This document shows, in pieces, positions 28,638 through 38,576 of a stretch of 57,794 nt of DNA (positions are counted from its first letter, which is position 1; each line of letters starts with the position of its first letter). Source of the DNA: Anaerolineae bacterium (GTDB lineage: Bacteria; Chloroflexota; Anaerolineae; B4-G1; SLSP01). The notes under the pieces are model-generated. The model saw only the letters and a program-made list of their open reading frames with translations, did no database searches and was not told the origin of the DNA. Made by a program: the position numbers and the translations under genes. The stretch is taken from positions 1 to 57,794 of the forward strand of contig JALXBP010000073.1 in the NCBI GenBank assembly GCA_026991395.1. The letters run 5' to 3'.

Positions 28638-30257
28638 GTGGATGAGCAGAGGGAGGCGCACGATCATCGGCACGCCATCGGGCAGGGCGCTCGGCGTGAG
28701 GTTACCAAGGCGGCGGCGATCATCTCCGTGGGGAATGTGACCAGCCGCCTCCTGGGGCTGGTGCGCGAAATGGTCAAGTCCTACTTCTTCGGCGCTGGGG
28801 GGGCGGTCAGCGCCTTCGATGTTGCCTCGCAGGTGCCGACGATGTTCTACGACCTGCTCGCCGGGGGGATGCTCAACTCGGCGATGGTGCCCGTCTTCTC
28901 GGACTACACGCCCATCGAACGCCGTGAGGCTTTCCGGCGTCTGCTCAGCTTGCTCCTCTCCCTGCTGGCCGTTGTCCTGGGGACGATCACCCTGCTCATC
29001 GAGGTGGCCGCGCCCCTCGTCGCACGGTTGCTCAGCGGCGGCCTGCCGCCGGCCGACCTGCGGCTGGCGACGCAGATGGTGCGCATCACCACACCGGCGA
29101 TCCTCTTCCTCAACGTGGCCGGGACGATGGCCGCGGCGCTCTATGCGCTGGGCCGCTTCGACCGCCCGGCGATGATGGCCGCCGTCTCCAACGCGACGCT
29201 CGTCCTCGTCGTCGTGCTCTTGGGACGGAGCCGCCTGGGGGCACGGAGCCTGGCGCTGGGCCTCCTGGCGGGGAGCATCGCGCAGGTGCTCATCCAATGG
29301 CCTGCGCTGCGCGATCTGCACGTGCACTTCGTCTCTCCTTTCAGCCGCCACCCGGCTCTGTTGACCATCGGCAAGCTCTACCTTCCTATCGGTCTGGGGA
29401 TGCTCGTCGATCAGGCGGCCGTCACGCTCAGCTTCAACCTCGCTTCACAGACGGGGCCGAGCGGCATCGCCTGGATGAAATACGCCGCCACGTTGATCCA
29501 GTTCCCCCTGGGCATGGTCGTGACGGCGATCTCCATCGCCATCCTCCCCACCTTGTCGCGCTTCAACCGCGGCGACGAGGGGGGGCGCTTCCGCGCGACG
29601 CTGGCGCAAGGGCTTCGGCTCGTGCTCATCCTGGTCATCCCCGCGGCGCTGGTGATGGCGGTCCTTGCCGAGCCGCTCGTCGCCCTCCTCTTCCAGCGCG
29701 GCAACTTCCTTCCAGCGGACACGATGGCCGTCGCCAAGGCGCTTCGCTTCAGTCTGCCCGGCCTGGTCTTCGCGGCCTTGGATCAGCCGCTGATCGTCGC
29801 TTTCTACGCCCGCAAGGACACGTGGGCGCCCGCCCTCGTCGGCGTAGCAGTGGACGGTTTGTACGCGCTGATGGTGCTCCTTCCGCTGCTCATCGCGCCC
29901 CCGAACCTCTGGCTCATCATCCTGGCGAATTCGCTGAAGCTCTCCTTCCACGCGCTGACGATGCTCTATCTCTTCGAGCACAAGGCGGGGACGCTGCGCG
30001 GCCACGGCGTGCGGCGGACGGTGCTCTTTTCCCTGGGTGCTTCGTTGCTGCTGGCCGGTGTGATGTGGCTCTTGCGTTGGCTCCTGTTGCCCGCGCTTCC
30101 GGGCGGCACGGAAGGGATGCTCGTCTTCTTCCTCCTCTGCGGTGCCGCCGGTCTCCTCGTCTACCTGCTGGCGATGCGGGCGTTGGGGGTGGAGGAAATG
30201 CTCTTGCTTCGTGATGCGCTGCTGCGGCGGGCTCATTCCATACACGGGGAAAGGTAG
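28638..30257 (+). CDS. murJ: Lipid II flippase MurJ (MviN)
   Basis: SRLLGLVRE, GGMLNSAMVPVF, QFPLG, LFQRGNF, FYARKDT; start uncertain. Confidence 0.93.
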   Translation: MDEQREAHDHRHAIGQGARREVTKAAAIISVGNVTSRLLGLVREMVKSYFFGAGGAVSAFDVASQVPTMFYDLLAGGMLNSAMVPVFSDYTPIERREAFRRLLSLLLSLLAVVLGTITLLIEVAAPLVARLLSGGLPPADLRLATQMVRITTPAILFLNVAGTMAAALYALGRFDRPAMMAAVSNATLVLVVVLLGRSRLGARSLALGLLAGSIAQVLIQWPALRDLHVHFVSPFSRHPALLTIGKLYLPIGLGMLVDQAAVTLSFNLASQTGPSGIAWMKYAATLIQFPLGMVVTAISIAILPTLSRFNRGDEGGRFRATLAQGLRLVLILVIPAALVMAVLAEPLVALLFQRGNFLPADTMAVAKALRFSLPGLVFAALDQPLIVAFYARKDTWAPALVGVAVDGLYALMVLLPLLIAPPNLWLIILANSLKLSFHALTMLYLFEHKAGTLRGHGVRRTVLFSLGASLLLAGVMWLLRWLLLPALPGGTEGMLVFFLLCGAAGLLVYLLAMRALGVEEMLLLRDALLRRAHSIHGER

Positions 30258-30262
30258 AAGGT

Positions 30263-31441
30263 ATGCTGAGAAAGGGTTTGGCTGCCGGGATGCTCGTTCT
30301 CCTCCTGCTGACGGCCTGTGCCGCGCCGATGCTGCAGGAGAACTCGCGCGTTGTGCTCCTGTGGTACGATGTGCACGGCCCGCGGGAAGCGGCGTTGCTC
30401 CGTCTCGTCGAAGCCTTCAATGCTGCCCACGATGGGGTGCAGGTGATCGCCGAGTATCAGGATGACCTTTTCCGGCGGACGACGATGGCCCCGGAAGGGC
30501 ATCGCCCCGATCTGGTGCTCGTGGGGACGGGGGGCAGTCTCCCCTACGTGGAGGCCGGCGTCGATCGGGCACCGGAGCGTGTGTCCGGAGCGGGCTTCGA
30601 TGCCGACGCCTTCACGCCGATGGCCGCTGCCGTCTTCCGTGGCGACGAGGGGTGGACGGCGATCCCGCTCGGACTGCGCACGTATGCTTTCTACTACAAC
30701 GCCGACCGGCTGCGGGAGGCCGGTCTCGAAGCGGGGCAGATCGCCGACCGGGCTTCGATGCAGGAGACCCTCTGCTCGCTTTCCGACGCGGAGAAGGGGT
30801 CCGTAGGGCTGGCGCTCCCCGCTCAGGCCGGGCTGTGCCTGGCGTGGTGGCGGGCCGGTGTCGACGGGGAGAGCCTGGCGCAGTTGAGCGCCCTCTTCAC
30901 GCAAGGGTGTGCCCGCCTCTACCCCCATCCGGCAGAGGCGATCGCGGCGCTGGTGCAGGGCGAAGCGGCGGCGCTCTACGCCTCCAACTCGGCCCTGCCG
31001 ACGATCGAAGCGGCGATGGATGCGGAGGAGCCGTTCGAACTGGGCGTCGTGCCGTTGGGCGGCGTGGAAGCCCTTTCCCCGACGGTATGGGAGGGCAGCG
31101 GTCTGGTGGTCGTGGAGGGCGGCGCGGCCTCGGAGCCATCGCTGGCCTCCGCGGTGGGCTGGTTCGCCGCGGCAGAGGCCGAAAATCTCTGGCAGGAGGC
31201 GACGGGGGAGCTTCCCCCTCGTTTCGACCTGCTGAAGGCCGGGCCGCCACAGGCGACCCCCGCCCGTCAGCTCTTCTACGCCATAGCGCTGGAGGCCGCC
31301 GCCTCCGATACCATCATCCCTGCGGCGATGCTGCGCAGCACCGAGGAGCAGATCGCCCTCGTCGCCGCGCTGCGTGCCCTCGCCGACGGTCAGCCGGTCG
31401 AGCAGGTGCTCGCCGATCTGCAGGCGGCTACATCACCATAA
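30263..31441 (+). CDS. Extracellular solute-binding lipoprotein (family 1-like, divergent)
   Basis: Lipobox LTAC, LVEAFNAAH, AIP......FYYNADRLREAG. Confidence 0.75.
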   Translation: MLRKGLAAGMLVLLLLTACAAPMLQENSRVVLLWYDVHGPREAALLRLVEAFNAAHDGVQVIAEYQDDLFRRTTMAPEGHRPDLVLVGTGGSLPYVEAGVDRAPERVSGAGFDADAFTPMAAAVFRGDEGWTAIPLGLRTYAFYYNADRLREAGLEAGQIADRASMQETLCSLSDAEKGSVGLALPAQAGLCLAWWRAGVDGESLAQLSALFTQGCARLYPHPAEAIAALVQGEAAALYASNSALPTIEAAMDAEEPFELGVVPLGGVEALSPTVWEGSGLVVVEGGAASEPSLASAVGWFAAAEAENLWQEATGELPPRFDLLKAGPPQATPARQLFYAIALEAAASDTIIPAAMLRSTEEQIALVAALRALADGQPVEQVLADLQAATSP

Positions 31442-33146
31442 AGCGGATGACCAGCCAGAGGAGGGACAGCCCGACGGTAATCAGCACGGCGGGGAAGCCC
31501 TTCTTGAAGAAGTAGGCGTAGCTGATCGGATACCCGGCCCGCTCGGCGATCCCTGCCGTCACGAGGTTGGCCGATGCGCCGATCAGCGTCCCGTTGCCGC
31601 CCATCGCCGCCCCCACCGAGAGGCAGTAGAAGAGCACCTTCGATTCCGCGCCGGGCACGGTCAGCGTCAGGTAGCCGACGACGGGTAGCATCGCGGCGGT
31701 GAAGGGGATGTTCGCCACGATCATCGAGAGCACGGCGCTCATCCACGTCAGCACCCCCATCGCCAGGAGCAGGTTCTCCCCCACCAGCTTGCCGATGAAG
31801 TCGGCGATGACGCTGATGACGCCCACCTCCTGGATCGCGCCGACGAGGACGAAAAGCCCCATAAAGAAGACCAACGTCGTCCAGTCAACCGCCTCCATCA
31901 TCGCCTCCATATCGGGGCGTATCCAGAGGAGGAGCGCCGTCGCGCCGACGAGGGCGGTGATGGCGGGCACGAGGTGGATGTGCTCGCCGAAGATGAAGAG
32001 CAGCAGCATCCCCCCGCCGATGATCCCCGCCTTCTTGAGGTGCGCCGGTTGGGTGATCTGCGCGTGCTTGCCCAACTGCTTGAGGAGGGCGGGGGAGGCG
32101 CGATGACCGGCGGCCAGTTCCTTGCGGTAGGTCAGCTCACTGTAGACGATCAGGCCGATGAAGGCGAGGAGCACGCCGGGCGTCTGGTAGGCGAGGAAGT
32201 CGGAAAAGGTGATGCCGCTGTAGGAGCCGATGAGGATGTTGGTCGGGGTGCCGATGAGCGTGCTCACGCCGATGACGTTGGAGGCCATCACCTCCGGCAT
32301 CAGGAAGGCGAGCGGATTGACGCCGACGGCAATGGCGATCTCGACGGTGATCGGCGTCATCAGCAGCATCGTGGTAACGTTGTCGAGGAAGGCGGAGGCG
32401 ACGCCGGTAACGAGCATCAGGATGGGGAGGAGCAGCCAGAGCCGCCCGCCCGAAAGCCGGTAGGCCTGGAAGGCCAGCCACTGGAAAAGGCCGGTCTGCT
32501 CGACGACGGCGATGACGATCATCATCCCCATCACGAGAAAGATGACGCCCCAGTCGATGTAGGCCAGCGCATCGTCGAAGTGGAAGATGAAGAGCGATTC
32601 GTGGAGGAGCGGCCCCAGGTAGCTGACGAGGAGGACGATCGACATTCCCGCGAGTGCGGCCAGCGTGTTGTGCAGGCGCTCGGTGGCTATCGCGATGAGG
32701 ACGGCGGCAAAGGTCAGGGCGGCCACCCAGAAGGCGGCGTCGATGCGGCGGGTAAGCGGCACCGGTTCGAGGGCTACCGTTTCGCCTTGGGTCAGGCGGG
32801 CCTGTTGCGCAGCGGTGAGGGCGATCTCCGCCCCCTCGAAGTGGGGCCGTCCGATCGCCACGGTGAGCGTGGTGGCGTGCAGGGCGGCATCGGGCACGCG
32901 GAGCAGGAAGCGCCCGTCTGCCTGCGTCGTGGCTTCCGCCGTCGGTATCCCGTCGGCGTAGAGCACGACCTCCCCTCCGGCGATGGGGACGCCGTGGCTG
33001 TCCTCGACGAGACCGACAATCGAGGGGCCGAGCGGGGCCGAGGCTGCGGGGGATGCTGCCGTGAGCGCCGACCAGATCATCGCCGCCGCAGCGAGCATCA
33101 AGGCAAGTGCGATGAGTGTGCGGGTATGTTCGGCCTTACTGGACAT
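31428..33146 (-). CDS. ArsB/NhaD/CitMHS-family permease with N-terminal extracellular carboxypeptidase-regulatory-like domain
   Basis: SAFLDNVTT, TLIGTPTNILIG, NIPFTAAMLP, GGNGTLIGASAN; N-terminal GLVEDSHGVPIAG...TQADGRF. Confidence 0.88.
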   Translation of the reverse strand: MSSKAEHTRTLIALALMLAAAAMIWSALTAASPAASAPLGPSIVGLVEDSHGVPIAGGEVVLYADGIPTAEATTQADGRFLLRVPDAALHATTLTVAIGRPHFEGAEIALTAAQQARLTQGETVALEPVPLTRRIDAAFWVAALTFAAVLIAIATERLHNTLAALAGMSIVLLVSYLGPLLHESLFIFHFDDALAYIDWGVIFLVMGMMIVIAVVEQTGLFQWLAFQAYRLSGGRLWLLLPILMLVTGVASAFLDNVTTMLLMTPITVEIAIAVGVNPLAFLMPEVMASNVIGVSTLIGTPTNILIGSYSGITFSDFLAYQTPGVLLAFIGLIVYSELTYRKELAAGHRASPALLKQLGKHAQITQPAHLKKAGIIGGGMLLLFIFGEHIHLVPAITALVGATALLLWIRPDMEAMMEAVDWTTLVFFMGLFVLVGAIQEVGVISVIADFIGKLVGENLLLAMGVLTWMSAVLSMIVANIPFTAAMLPVVGYLTLTVPGAESKVLFYCLSVGAAMGGNGTLIGASANLVTAGIAERAGYPISYAYFFKKGFPAVLITVGLSLLWLVIRFMVM

Positions 33147-33594
33147 CGCCGCATGGCTCCTCGCTGAAGATGACGCGGGCACCGGAGGCTTCCTCGAAGC
33201 CGCGGGCGAAGTCGGCCAGCATCTCCGGCGTGAAGGCGTTGGCCTTGCCCCGCTTCACCGCTTTGGGACAGCCGAGGACGAGGTAATCGGCCTCGATCTC
33301 GCGGGCGAACTCGATGAGTGCCTCGCGCAGCTTCCCCTGCCGGACGACGCCGCGGGCTTCCACGCCCTGCTCGCGGGCCTCCTCCTGGGCCATCAGGAGG
33401 ATGAACTCCCCCATCTGCCGCATCTCCTGCGCGATGACCTGGATGCGGCTGCTGCTCGTGTACGAGAGGAAGTCGAGGTTGACGATGTAGAGGAAGTAGA
33501 GCGGCAATCCGCTCTCTTTCGCCAGTTCGATGGCTTTCTGGATGGTCGGGCGGCTTTCCGGGCCGCCGCGAATGGCACAGACGATACCGCTCAT
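33136..33594 (-). CDS. Universal stress protein
   Basis: IVCAIRGGPES, LYIVN, EADYLVLG. Confidence 0.85.
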   Translation of the reverse strand: MSGIVCAIRGGPESRPTIQKAIELAKESGLPLYFLYIVNLDFLSYTSSSRIQVIAQEMRQMGEFILLMAQEEAREQGVEARGVVRQGKLREALIEFAREIEADYLVLGCPKAVKRGKANAFTPEMLADFARGFEEASGARVIFSEEPCGDVQ

Positions 33595-33612
33595 AGCTGC
33601 CTCCTCCTGGGG

Positions 33613-35004
33613 TCAGTCGTCATCCCACAGCGACCAGTCGATGGGCTGGAGATCGGGATTGTCGCAGGCGCGGCGTCCCGCCTTGGCCATCTCGACCCAC
33701 GTGCCGTTGATCTTCACCCGCACGACGTCGGCGGTGAAGTCGGTATTCGTCCCGCGGATCGTGTCGTTGGACATCAGGGAGGAGCCGACGCCGTAATAAT
33801 CGGCGGGGACGCCCAGCCGCTCGAACAGGCGTATCTTTTCCGGCGTGAAGCCGCCGGAGACGGCGATCTTGACGTTGCGGCAGTACTGCTTCGCCCGCTC
33901 GTGCCATCCTGTCGGGAGGTCCCACTGCTTCCACGCCTCATCCAGCGCTTTGCGCACGGTGAAGACGAGGCGGGGTGTAACGCCCATATCCAGGCGCGGG
34001 TCGCCCAAGGGGGGGACGTTGACGTCGCGCAGGGCGCTGCTCGTATCCAGGCGGACGCCGCTGAGGATGTAGCGCTGCGCCTCCTCCTCGTGCCCGGCCT
34101 CGATCTGCTCGCGGTAGGCTTCGAACATCGCCCGCAGGGTGCGCACGCCGTCGGCCACCGAGTCGTTGTTGAAGTCGATGAGGGCGATGCGCGGAATCTC
34201 CGGCGGCAAGGCGGAGGCGAATCCCACCATCGCTTCCGCTGTATCTCCCAGGAAGCAGGCGATGACCGCGTGCGGCACCGTGCCGCCGCCTCGACCGCCC
34301 CACCAATCACCCTGCGCGTTGGTCGAGACGATCGAGGGGGCGTGCTGGCGGAAGTCGGCGTTGAAGCGCTGCACGGCGATGTCGTAGGCGTAGCCGTCGG
34401 CGGCTTGCACCTCGTGGGCGTCGAAGCGGGCGGGGAAGAAGAGGACCGGCTTGCCTCGCGCCGCCATCAGCGTCTGATAGACGTTCGTAGCAATGCGGCT
34501 GCCTCGGCTGAGCGCGCCTAAGATCGGCGTTTCCAGGAGAGCGAAATCGCGATAGCGACCGCGTATCTTCATCACCGGGCGGGCGTAGAGCGGGCTGGCC
34601 TCGCCCATCCCCTCCGGCGAGGGGTATTCGACCACGTCGCCATCGTGAACGGCTTCCACCTCTAACGAGCGGCAGGTTTCGACGAAGGTGTTGGCATCGT
34701 CCCAGTAACCGGCGCAATGGCGCAGCATCGTCAGGGCTTTGTCGATCCCCACGACGACGGTCTTGCCGGGTCGGCGGGTGAAGATCTGCATCTCCACCTC
34801 CATATTGCCGACGTCCAGGCCGCGCACGAGTGCCCGCGGCAGACGAGGATATTTGCCCGCATAGCGGTAATGTCGGGCGGCGAGGACGGTTAGCATCTGC
34901 TCCACGTTGACGAAGTACTTGTCCGAGTACCAGCCTTGCCGCATACGCTCGATGTCCAGCTTGAAGGTCTTGTTGGTCAATCGTTGCCCGTTGAAGCGAC
35001 TCAT
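33613..35004 (-). CDS. Nicotinate phosphoribosyltransferase family protein
   Basis: YSDKYF, FFPARFD, GTVPHA, LIDFNND, GVRLDTS, VSGGF, YGVGS. Confidence 0.88.
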   Translation of the reverse strand: MSRFNGQRLTNKTFKLDIERMRQGWYSDKYFVNVEQMLTVLAARHYRYAGKYPRLPRALVRGLDVGNMEVEMQIFTRRPGKTVVVGIDKALTMLRHCAGYWDDANTFVETCRSLEVEAVHDGDVVEYPSPEGMGEASPLYARPVMKIRGRYRDFALLETPILGALSRGSRIATNVYQTLMAARGKPVLFFPARFDAHEVQAADGYAYDIAVQRFNADFRQHAPSIVSTNAQGDWWGGRGGGTVPHAVIACFLGDTAEAMVGFASALPPEIPRIALIDFNNDSVADGVRTLRAMFEAYREQIEAGHEEEAQRYILSGVRLDTSSALRDVNVPPLGDPRLDMGVTPRLVFTVRKALDEAWKQWDLPTGWHERAKQYCRNVKIAVSGGFTPEKIRLFERLGVPADYYGVGSSLMSNDTIRGTNTDFTADVVRVKINGTWVEMAKAGRRACDNPDLQPIDWSLWDDD

Positions 35005-35013
35005 CTTGGCCTC

Positions 35014-36018
35014 CTAAAAGTCGGGCAGGTTGAGGGCTATGAGCCAATCTTCCGCCGAAATTCCCGGCGTTTCCAACGGCATGAAGCTATAGACGCGCCG
35101 AATGGCCGCTTCGACCTCATCACGAGGGCAGTTCTCCAGTGCATTCTCCAGCCAGGAGAGGCCGTCGGGCGGGAAGACGAAGAAGTCGCCGCTGAGGACG
35201 ACGGAGAGGATGCGTCGTGCGTCCTCATCGTACTGCACGCTGGCGTAGATGGTCCCCCCTTCCGTGCTGTGCCGTCCGCCTGTTGGCAGGATGCCGGTAT
35301 GGGCCAGCGGGGATTTGCGCCGCGTGCTCCGCCCGCCGTCGAGCACCCAGGCAGGGGAAAGCATCCGTATGGCGATTGCCTCCGCTTCCTGCCGCAGCGC
35401 GGGCTCGATCTCCGCAAGCGGCATCGCTCCGAACTGCAGGGCGGCCTCGGCCTGGATGTGGCGTGCCAGGGCCTCGCGCTCGGCCCTGATGCCTATCTCG
35501 CTGAGCGTCAGGGAGAGGGCCTTCGTGTGCAGCGTGGCCTGCAGCCGTTTGGAAAGGGGCCGCAGTTGCAGATAGCCCGCCGCGCTGAAGAAGCCGTAGC
35601 TTTCCATCAGCGTCCCGCGAAAGAGCGAAAGCCCCTTCGTGGCAAAGTGTCCAAAGGTGCTGTGTTCCACTTCGAGCCCCAGTGCTCGACAGGTTTGCAG
35701 CAGAGGGCGCAGCAACTCGGCGAGGATCGTCTTGCGGTCGCTCTGGGTGATACGGCTTCGTTCCACGGTGATCGTGTAGAGGAGCGTCCCCTCGTCCATC
35801 GGGAGGAGGGGGCCGCCGCATTCGCGCCGCAGCAGCACGATCCCTTCCGCCGCGCAGGCTCCGGGGTCGAGGCTGCGCTCGATCTCCTGATGGACGCCGA
35901 GGCAGCAGAGCGCCTCATTGGCCCACGCGAGCATCACCCCCTCCACGCCGATGCGGGGCATCGCGTGGAAGAGGAGCCAGCTCTGCGTCCACGATTGTGC
36001 CGATCGATAGCTTTTCAT
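35014..36018 (-). CDS. Degenerate lipoate-protein ligase-like protein with LplA C-terminal domain
   Basis: CLGVHQ, LLRRECGGP (for RRxxGGG), C-terminal EGGTI...LSGDFFVFPPD.L..LENAL; start ATG 36018. Confidence 0.7.
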   Translation of the reverse strand: MKSYRSAQSWTQSWLLFHAMPRIGVEGVMLAWANEALCCLGVHQEIERSLDPGACAAEGIVLLRRECGGPLLPMDEGTLLYTITVERSRITQSDRKTILAELLRPLLQTCRALGLEVEHSTFGHFATKGLSLFRGTLMESYGFFSAAGYLQLRPLSKRLQATLHTKALSLTLSEIGIRAEREALARHIQAEAALQFGAMPLAEIEPALRQEAEAIAIRMLSPAWVLDGGRSTRRKSPLAHTGILPTGGRHSTEGGTIYASVQYDEDARRILSVVLSGDFFVFPPDGLSWLENALENCPRDEVEAAIRRVYSFMPLETPGISAEDWLIALNLPDF

Positions 36019-36157
36019 ACTCGCTCTCGTACCCCTGCTACGTGTATTATGCCTGATTAGGCGATTTTGGGTAGTAGCCCTTGTGGCGAGAGCGCCGTTT
36101 GACAAAGCGGGGCAATTGGCATACCTTGGTCCCATCATCGCGGCGAGGAGGTGAACG

Positions 36158-36649
36158 ATGGGGAAATGGGAACGGCGGACACTCTGGGCCTGCGTGGCCA
36201 TCTTGCTGCTCTTTGACATTGCGCTGGTCGTCGGCCTGCGTCTTGCTGCCGACAAGGCCATCGTCGAGGCCCGCGCGGCACTGGATGCGGTCGCCGCCCG
36301 GCCTGTGCATCTGGACATCCAACTGGATACGGATGTTCCCATCTCCGCAACCATCCCCCTCCACCGGCGTTTTACCGTGCCTATCGAAACAACCTACCAT
36401 CTCGACACGGTTGTGCAGACGACGGTACAGATTCCCATCATCGGTGCCCAGGAGATCGGTATCCCCGTTGCCGGAGATATTCCCATCCGGCTCGATGTCG
36501 ATGTGCCGGTGGATACAGCGTTGCCCGTCGCCTTTACCTACCACCTGCAGACGACGGTCCCCGTCGAGGTGCTGATCCCGCAGCAGGCGCTGGCGCCGCT
36601 CTACGCGATGCTGAGTAAGCTCGAGGCTCTCTTGCGGCTGCGGCGGTGA
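36158..36649 (+). CDS. Membrane-anchored hypothetical protein with repetitive beta-strand motifs
   Basis: N-terminal TM, repeated (I/V)P(I/V) strands; AGGAGGTG RBS. Confidence 0.8.
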   Translation: MGKWERRTLWACVAILLLFDIALVVGLRLAADKAIVEARAALDAVAARPVHLDIQLDTDVPISATIPLHRRFTVPIETTYHLDTVVQTTVQIPIIGAQEIGIPVAGDIPIRLDVDVPVDTALPVAFTYHLQTTVPVEVLIPQQALAPLYAMLSKLEALLRLRR

Positions 36650-36686
36650 AAATCTTGCTCTTCTTTGAGAGGTGTGTATAGTAGAG

Positions 36687-37154
36687 ATGATGGTGAGTCC
36701 TCTCGAGCATCGGCGAAAGGCTATCCCTCCTGTGTTGAGGTCCCTTGCCTCTGTCTTGTTGATTATTTTCATCGTTTTTATCATCGGGGGAACTGGCTGT
36801 GGTCTGCTACTCATGACAATCGACTCCGGATTATGTGGCAATGAGATTTCCCAAGAGGTTTTTTCTCCCGATGGTGAATACAAGGTCGTGGTTTTTCAGA
36901 GAGACTGTGGGGCTACGACGGGTTTTTCGACACAAATATCCATAATGAGAGCAACGGACGAGCTGCCCAACAAGCCCGGTAATATTTTCGTTATGGACGG
37001 ACATCCAGACTGGACGGAAGTCCACGTACAATGGGAAACTGATCGCTCAGTAGTCATCTCATATTCTCCAAAATACGAGGTCTTCCAAGCTAAAGACAGA
37101 CTGCGAGACTTTCTCACAGTCATAGAGGTTAAGTATCAAGGTCATTCAGAGTGA
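36687..37154 (+). CDS. Membrane-anchored hypothetical protein (DUF5412-like), lower GC
   Basis: TM helix then CGNEISQEVFSPDGEYKVVVFQRDCGATTGFSTQISI; start uncertain. Confidence 0.75.
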   Translation: MMVSPLEHRRKAIPPVLRSLASVLLIIFIVFIIGGTGCGLLLMTIDSGLCGNEISQEVFSPDGEYKVVVFQRDCGATTGFSTQISIMRATDELPNKPGNIFVMDGHPDWTEVHVQWETDRSVVISYSPKYEVFQAKDRLRDFLTVIEVKYQGHSE

Positions 37155-37321
37155 GCTCGGCTGGTTGGCACCGGTGGCTAACTCCGTTGCGGCGTTGGGG
37201 CTTCCAACGGACGCTCTGCGTCTCTAACGGTCAGCGGTGAGGCGAGGCAGGAGGCTATCCCATACGCACAATACGCCGTCTCTGGCAGCTTTCACCCGTT
37301 GCGACCACGTTCGCCGGCCTC

Positions 37322-37969
37322 GTGGCGGCATACTGCGCATGGGTTCTCCTCTGGATCGTCCCGCAGTCCCTGTTCCTGGCTTGGCGCGTTGCCCGCTTGC
37401 CCGCGATGGACGCGGCCGCCGTGGCGGCGGCCTCTCCCGGCGATGACGTGCTGATCACCGGTCGGCTGGCCGACAACCCCGCCGCGGAATACGACTTCGT
37501 GTGCTACACCTCGGAACGCTGGGAGGTGAAGGCTTCCCCTGATTCGGCGGGGAAGCCCTACGGCCACTGGGAGGAGGCCGACAGCTATTTCCCTGATCTG
37601 CATCTCATCGTGGCCGGAGGGCGCGTCCTGGTGCGGGGCAATCCGGATGTAACGCTGCTCGGCGATGTGCATCTGGAGACGTATGAAGCGGGTTCGGGCC
37701 GCAGACTGCCGGTTGACGCCATCCACATGCCCGATGGCACTCTGCGCTACCACGGTCTGCGCAACGGAGACATAGTTACCGTATTGGGGCGCAAGACCGC
37801 ATCGGGCGACGTCGTACCTTCCCACCTGTTCGTCGGCGATCGGGAAACTTTTCAGGAACGCCTGTGGGAAAGTGCCAGAGGCATATTGCTGGCCGCATTG
37901 TTGCTACTGATAGCCTCTCCTCCCCTCGTCTATCTCCTGACCTTGCTCTTCACGGGGCGAAGAAGATGA
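37322..37969 (+). CDS. Hypothetical two-TM membrane protein (possibly 5'-truncated)
   Basis: TM-soluble-TM layout, LRNGDIVTVLG; no clear RBS. Confidence 0.6.
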   Translation: MAAYCAWVLLWIVPQSLFLAWRVARLPAMDAAAVAAASPGDDVLITGRLADNPAAEYDFVCYTSERWEVKASPDSAGKPYGHWEEADSYFPDLHLIVAGGRVLVRGNPDVTLLGDVHLETYEAGSGRRLPVDAIHMPDGTLRYHGLRNGDIVTVLGRKTASGDVVPSHLFVGDRETFQERLWESARGILLAALLLLIASPPLVYLLTLLFTGRRR

Positions 37970-37999
37970 AAAATCGTCGGTTCCGGCAATCGGAAGCCC

Positions 38000-38027
38000 T
38001 TGACAGCCCCTGTCGGTGGAGTAGAAT
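38000..38027 (+). promoter_or_regulatory. Sigma70-type promoter of ferredoxin
   Basis: TTGACA-16-TAGAAT. Confidence 0.7.
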
Positions 38028-38093
38028 GTAAACGTCGTTATGCGACATCGGTTCGACCATGATCGATTGATACCTATTTTCAGGAGGCTAAGT

Positions 38094-38360
38094 ATGGCTC
38101 ACGTCATTACCAGTCTGTGCGAGCGTGTCGGCGCTTGTGTCGAAGTCTGTCCCACCGACTCCATCCACTATGTCGAGGGCGATAGCGAGTGGCCGCATTA
38201 CTACATCAACCCGGAAACCTGCATCGATTGCGCTGCCTGCGCCGCTGAGTGCCCCAATGAGGCTATCTTCATGGATGATGAGGTCCCCGAAGAGTTCCTC
38301 GATGACATCCAGAAGAACGCCGATTTCTTCACCAAGGGGCCGGGCAAGGACCTGGTTTGA
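38094..38360 (+). CDS. Dicluster (FdxA-like) ferredoxin
   Basis: C.....CVEVCP and CIDCAACAAECP, AIF.DDEVP...KNADFF; AGGAGG RBS. Confidence 0.95.
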   Translation: MAHVITSLCERVGACVEVCPTDSIHYVEGDSEWPHYYINPETCIDCAACAAECPNEAIFMDDEVPEEFLDDIQKNADFFTKGPGKDLV

Positions 38361-38369
38361 TGCGGAACC

Positions 38370-38409
38370 GACAGCAGGCCGATGGAGGCTTTCCATCGGC
38401 CTGTTTGTC
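38370..38409 (+). terminator. Terminator after ferredoxin
   Basis: CAGGCCGATGGA..TCCATCGGCCTG followed by TTTGT. Confidence 0.8.
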
Positions 38410-38474
38410 GTTAGGATAACGTCAGGAAAACGTCAGCTTGACGTCAAGCGAAGGAGCGGAAGCCGCGGTATCAT
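38409..38474 (+). promoter_or_regulatory. Direct-repeat operator and -10 box (unit 1)
   Basis: CGTTAGG 38409, CGTCAGG 38420, CGTCAGC 38431, CGTCAAG 38442 (11-bp period); TATCAT 38469. Confidence 0.75.
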
Positions 38475-38479
38475 AGATG

Positions 38480-38562
38480 CGTGGGCACATGGAACGAGAG
38501 ACCAGCAGCGCAACAGTATCCTCCTTTGCACGACCGAGGGCCTGAAAAGGCTCTCGGTTCTG
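38480..38562 (+). ncRNA. Putative sRNA 1 with anti-SD motif
   Basis: Follows the -10; TATCCTCCTTT (38517-27); hairpin ACCGAGGGCCT-GAAA-AGGCTCTCGGT (38533-58); ends approximate. Confidence 0.55.
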
Positions 38563-38576
38563 CATAGGTCTTGAAT

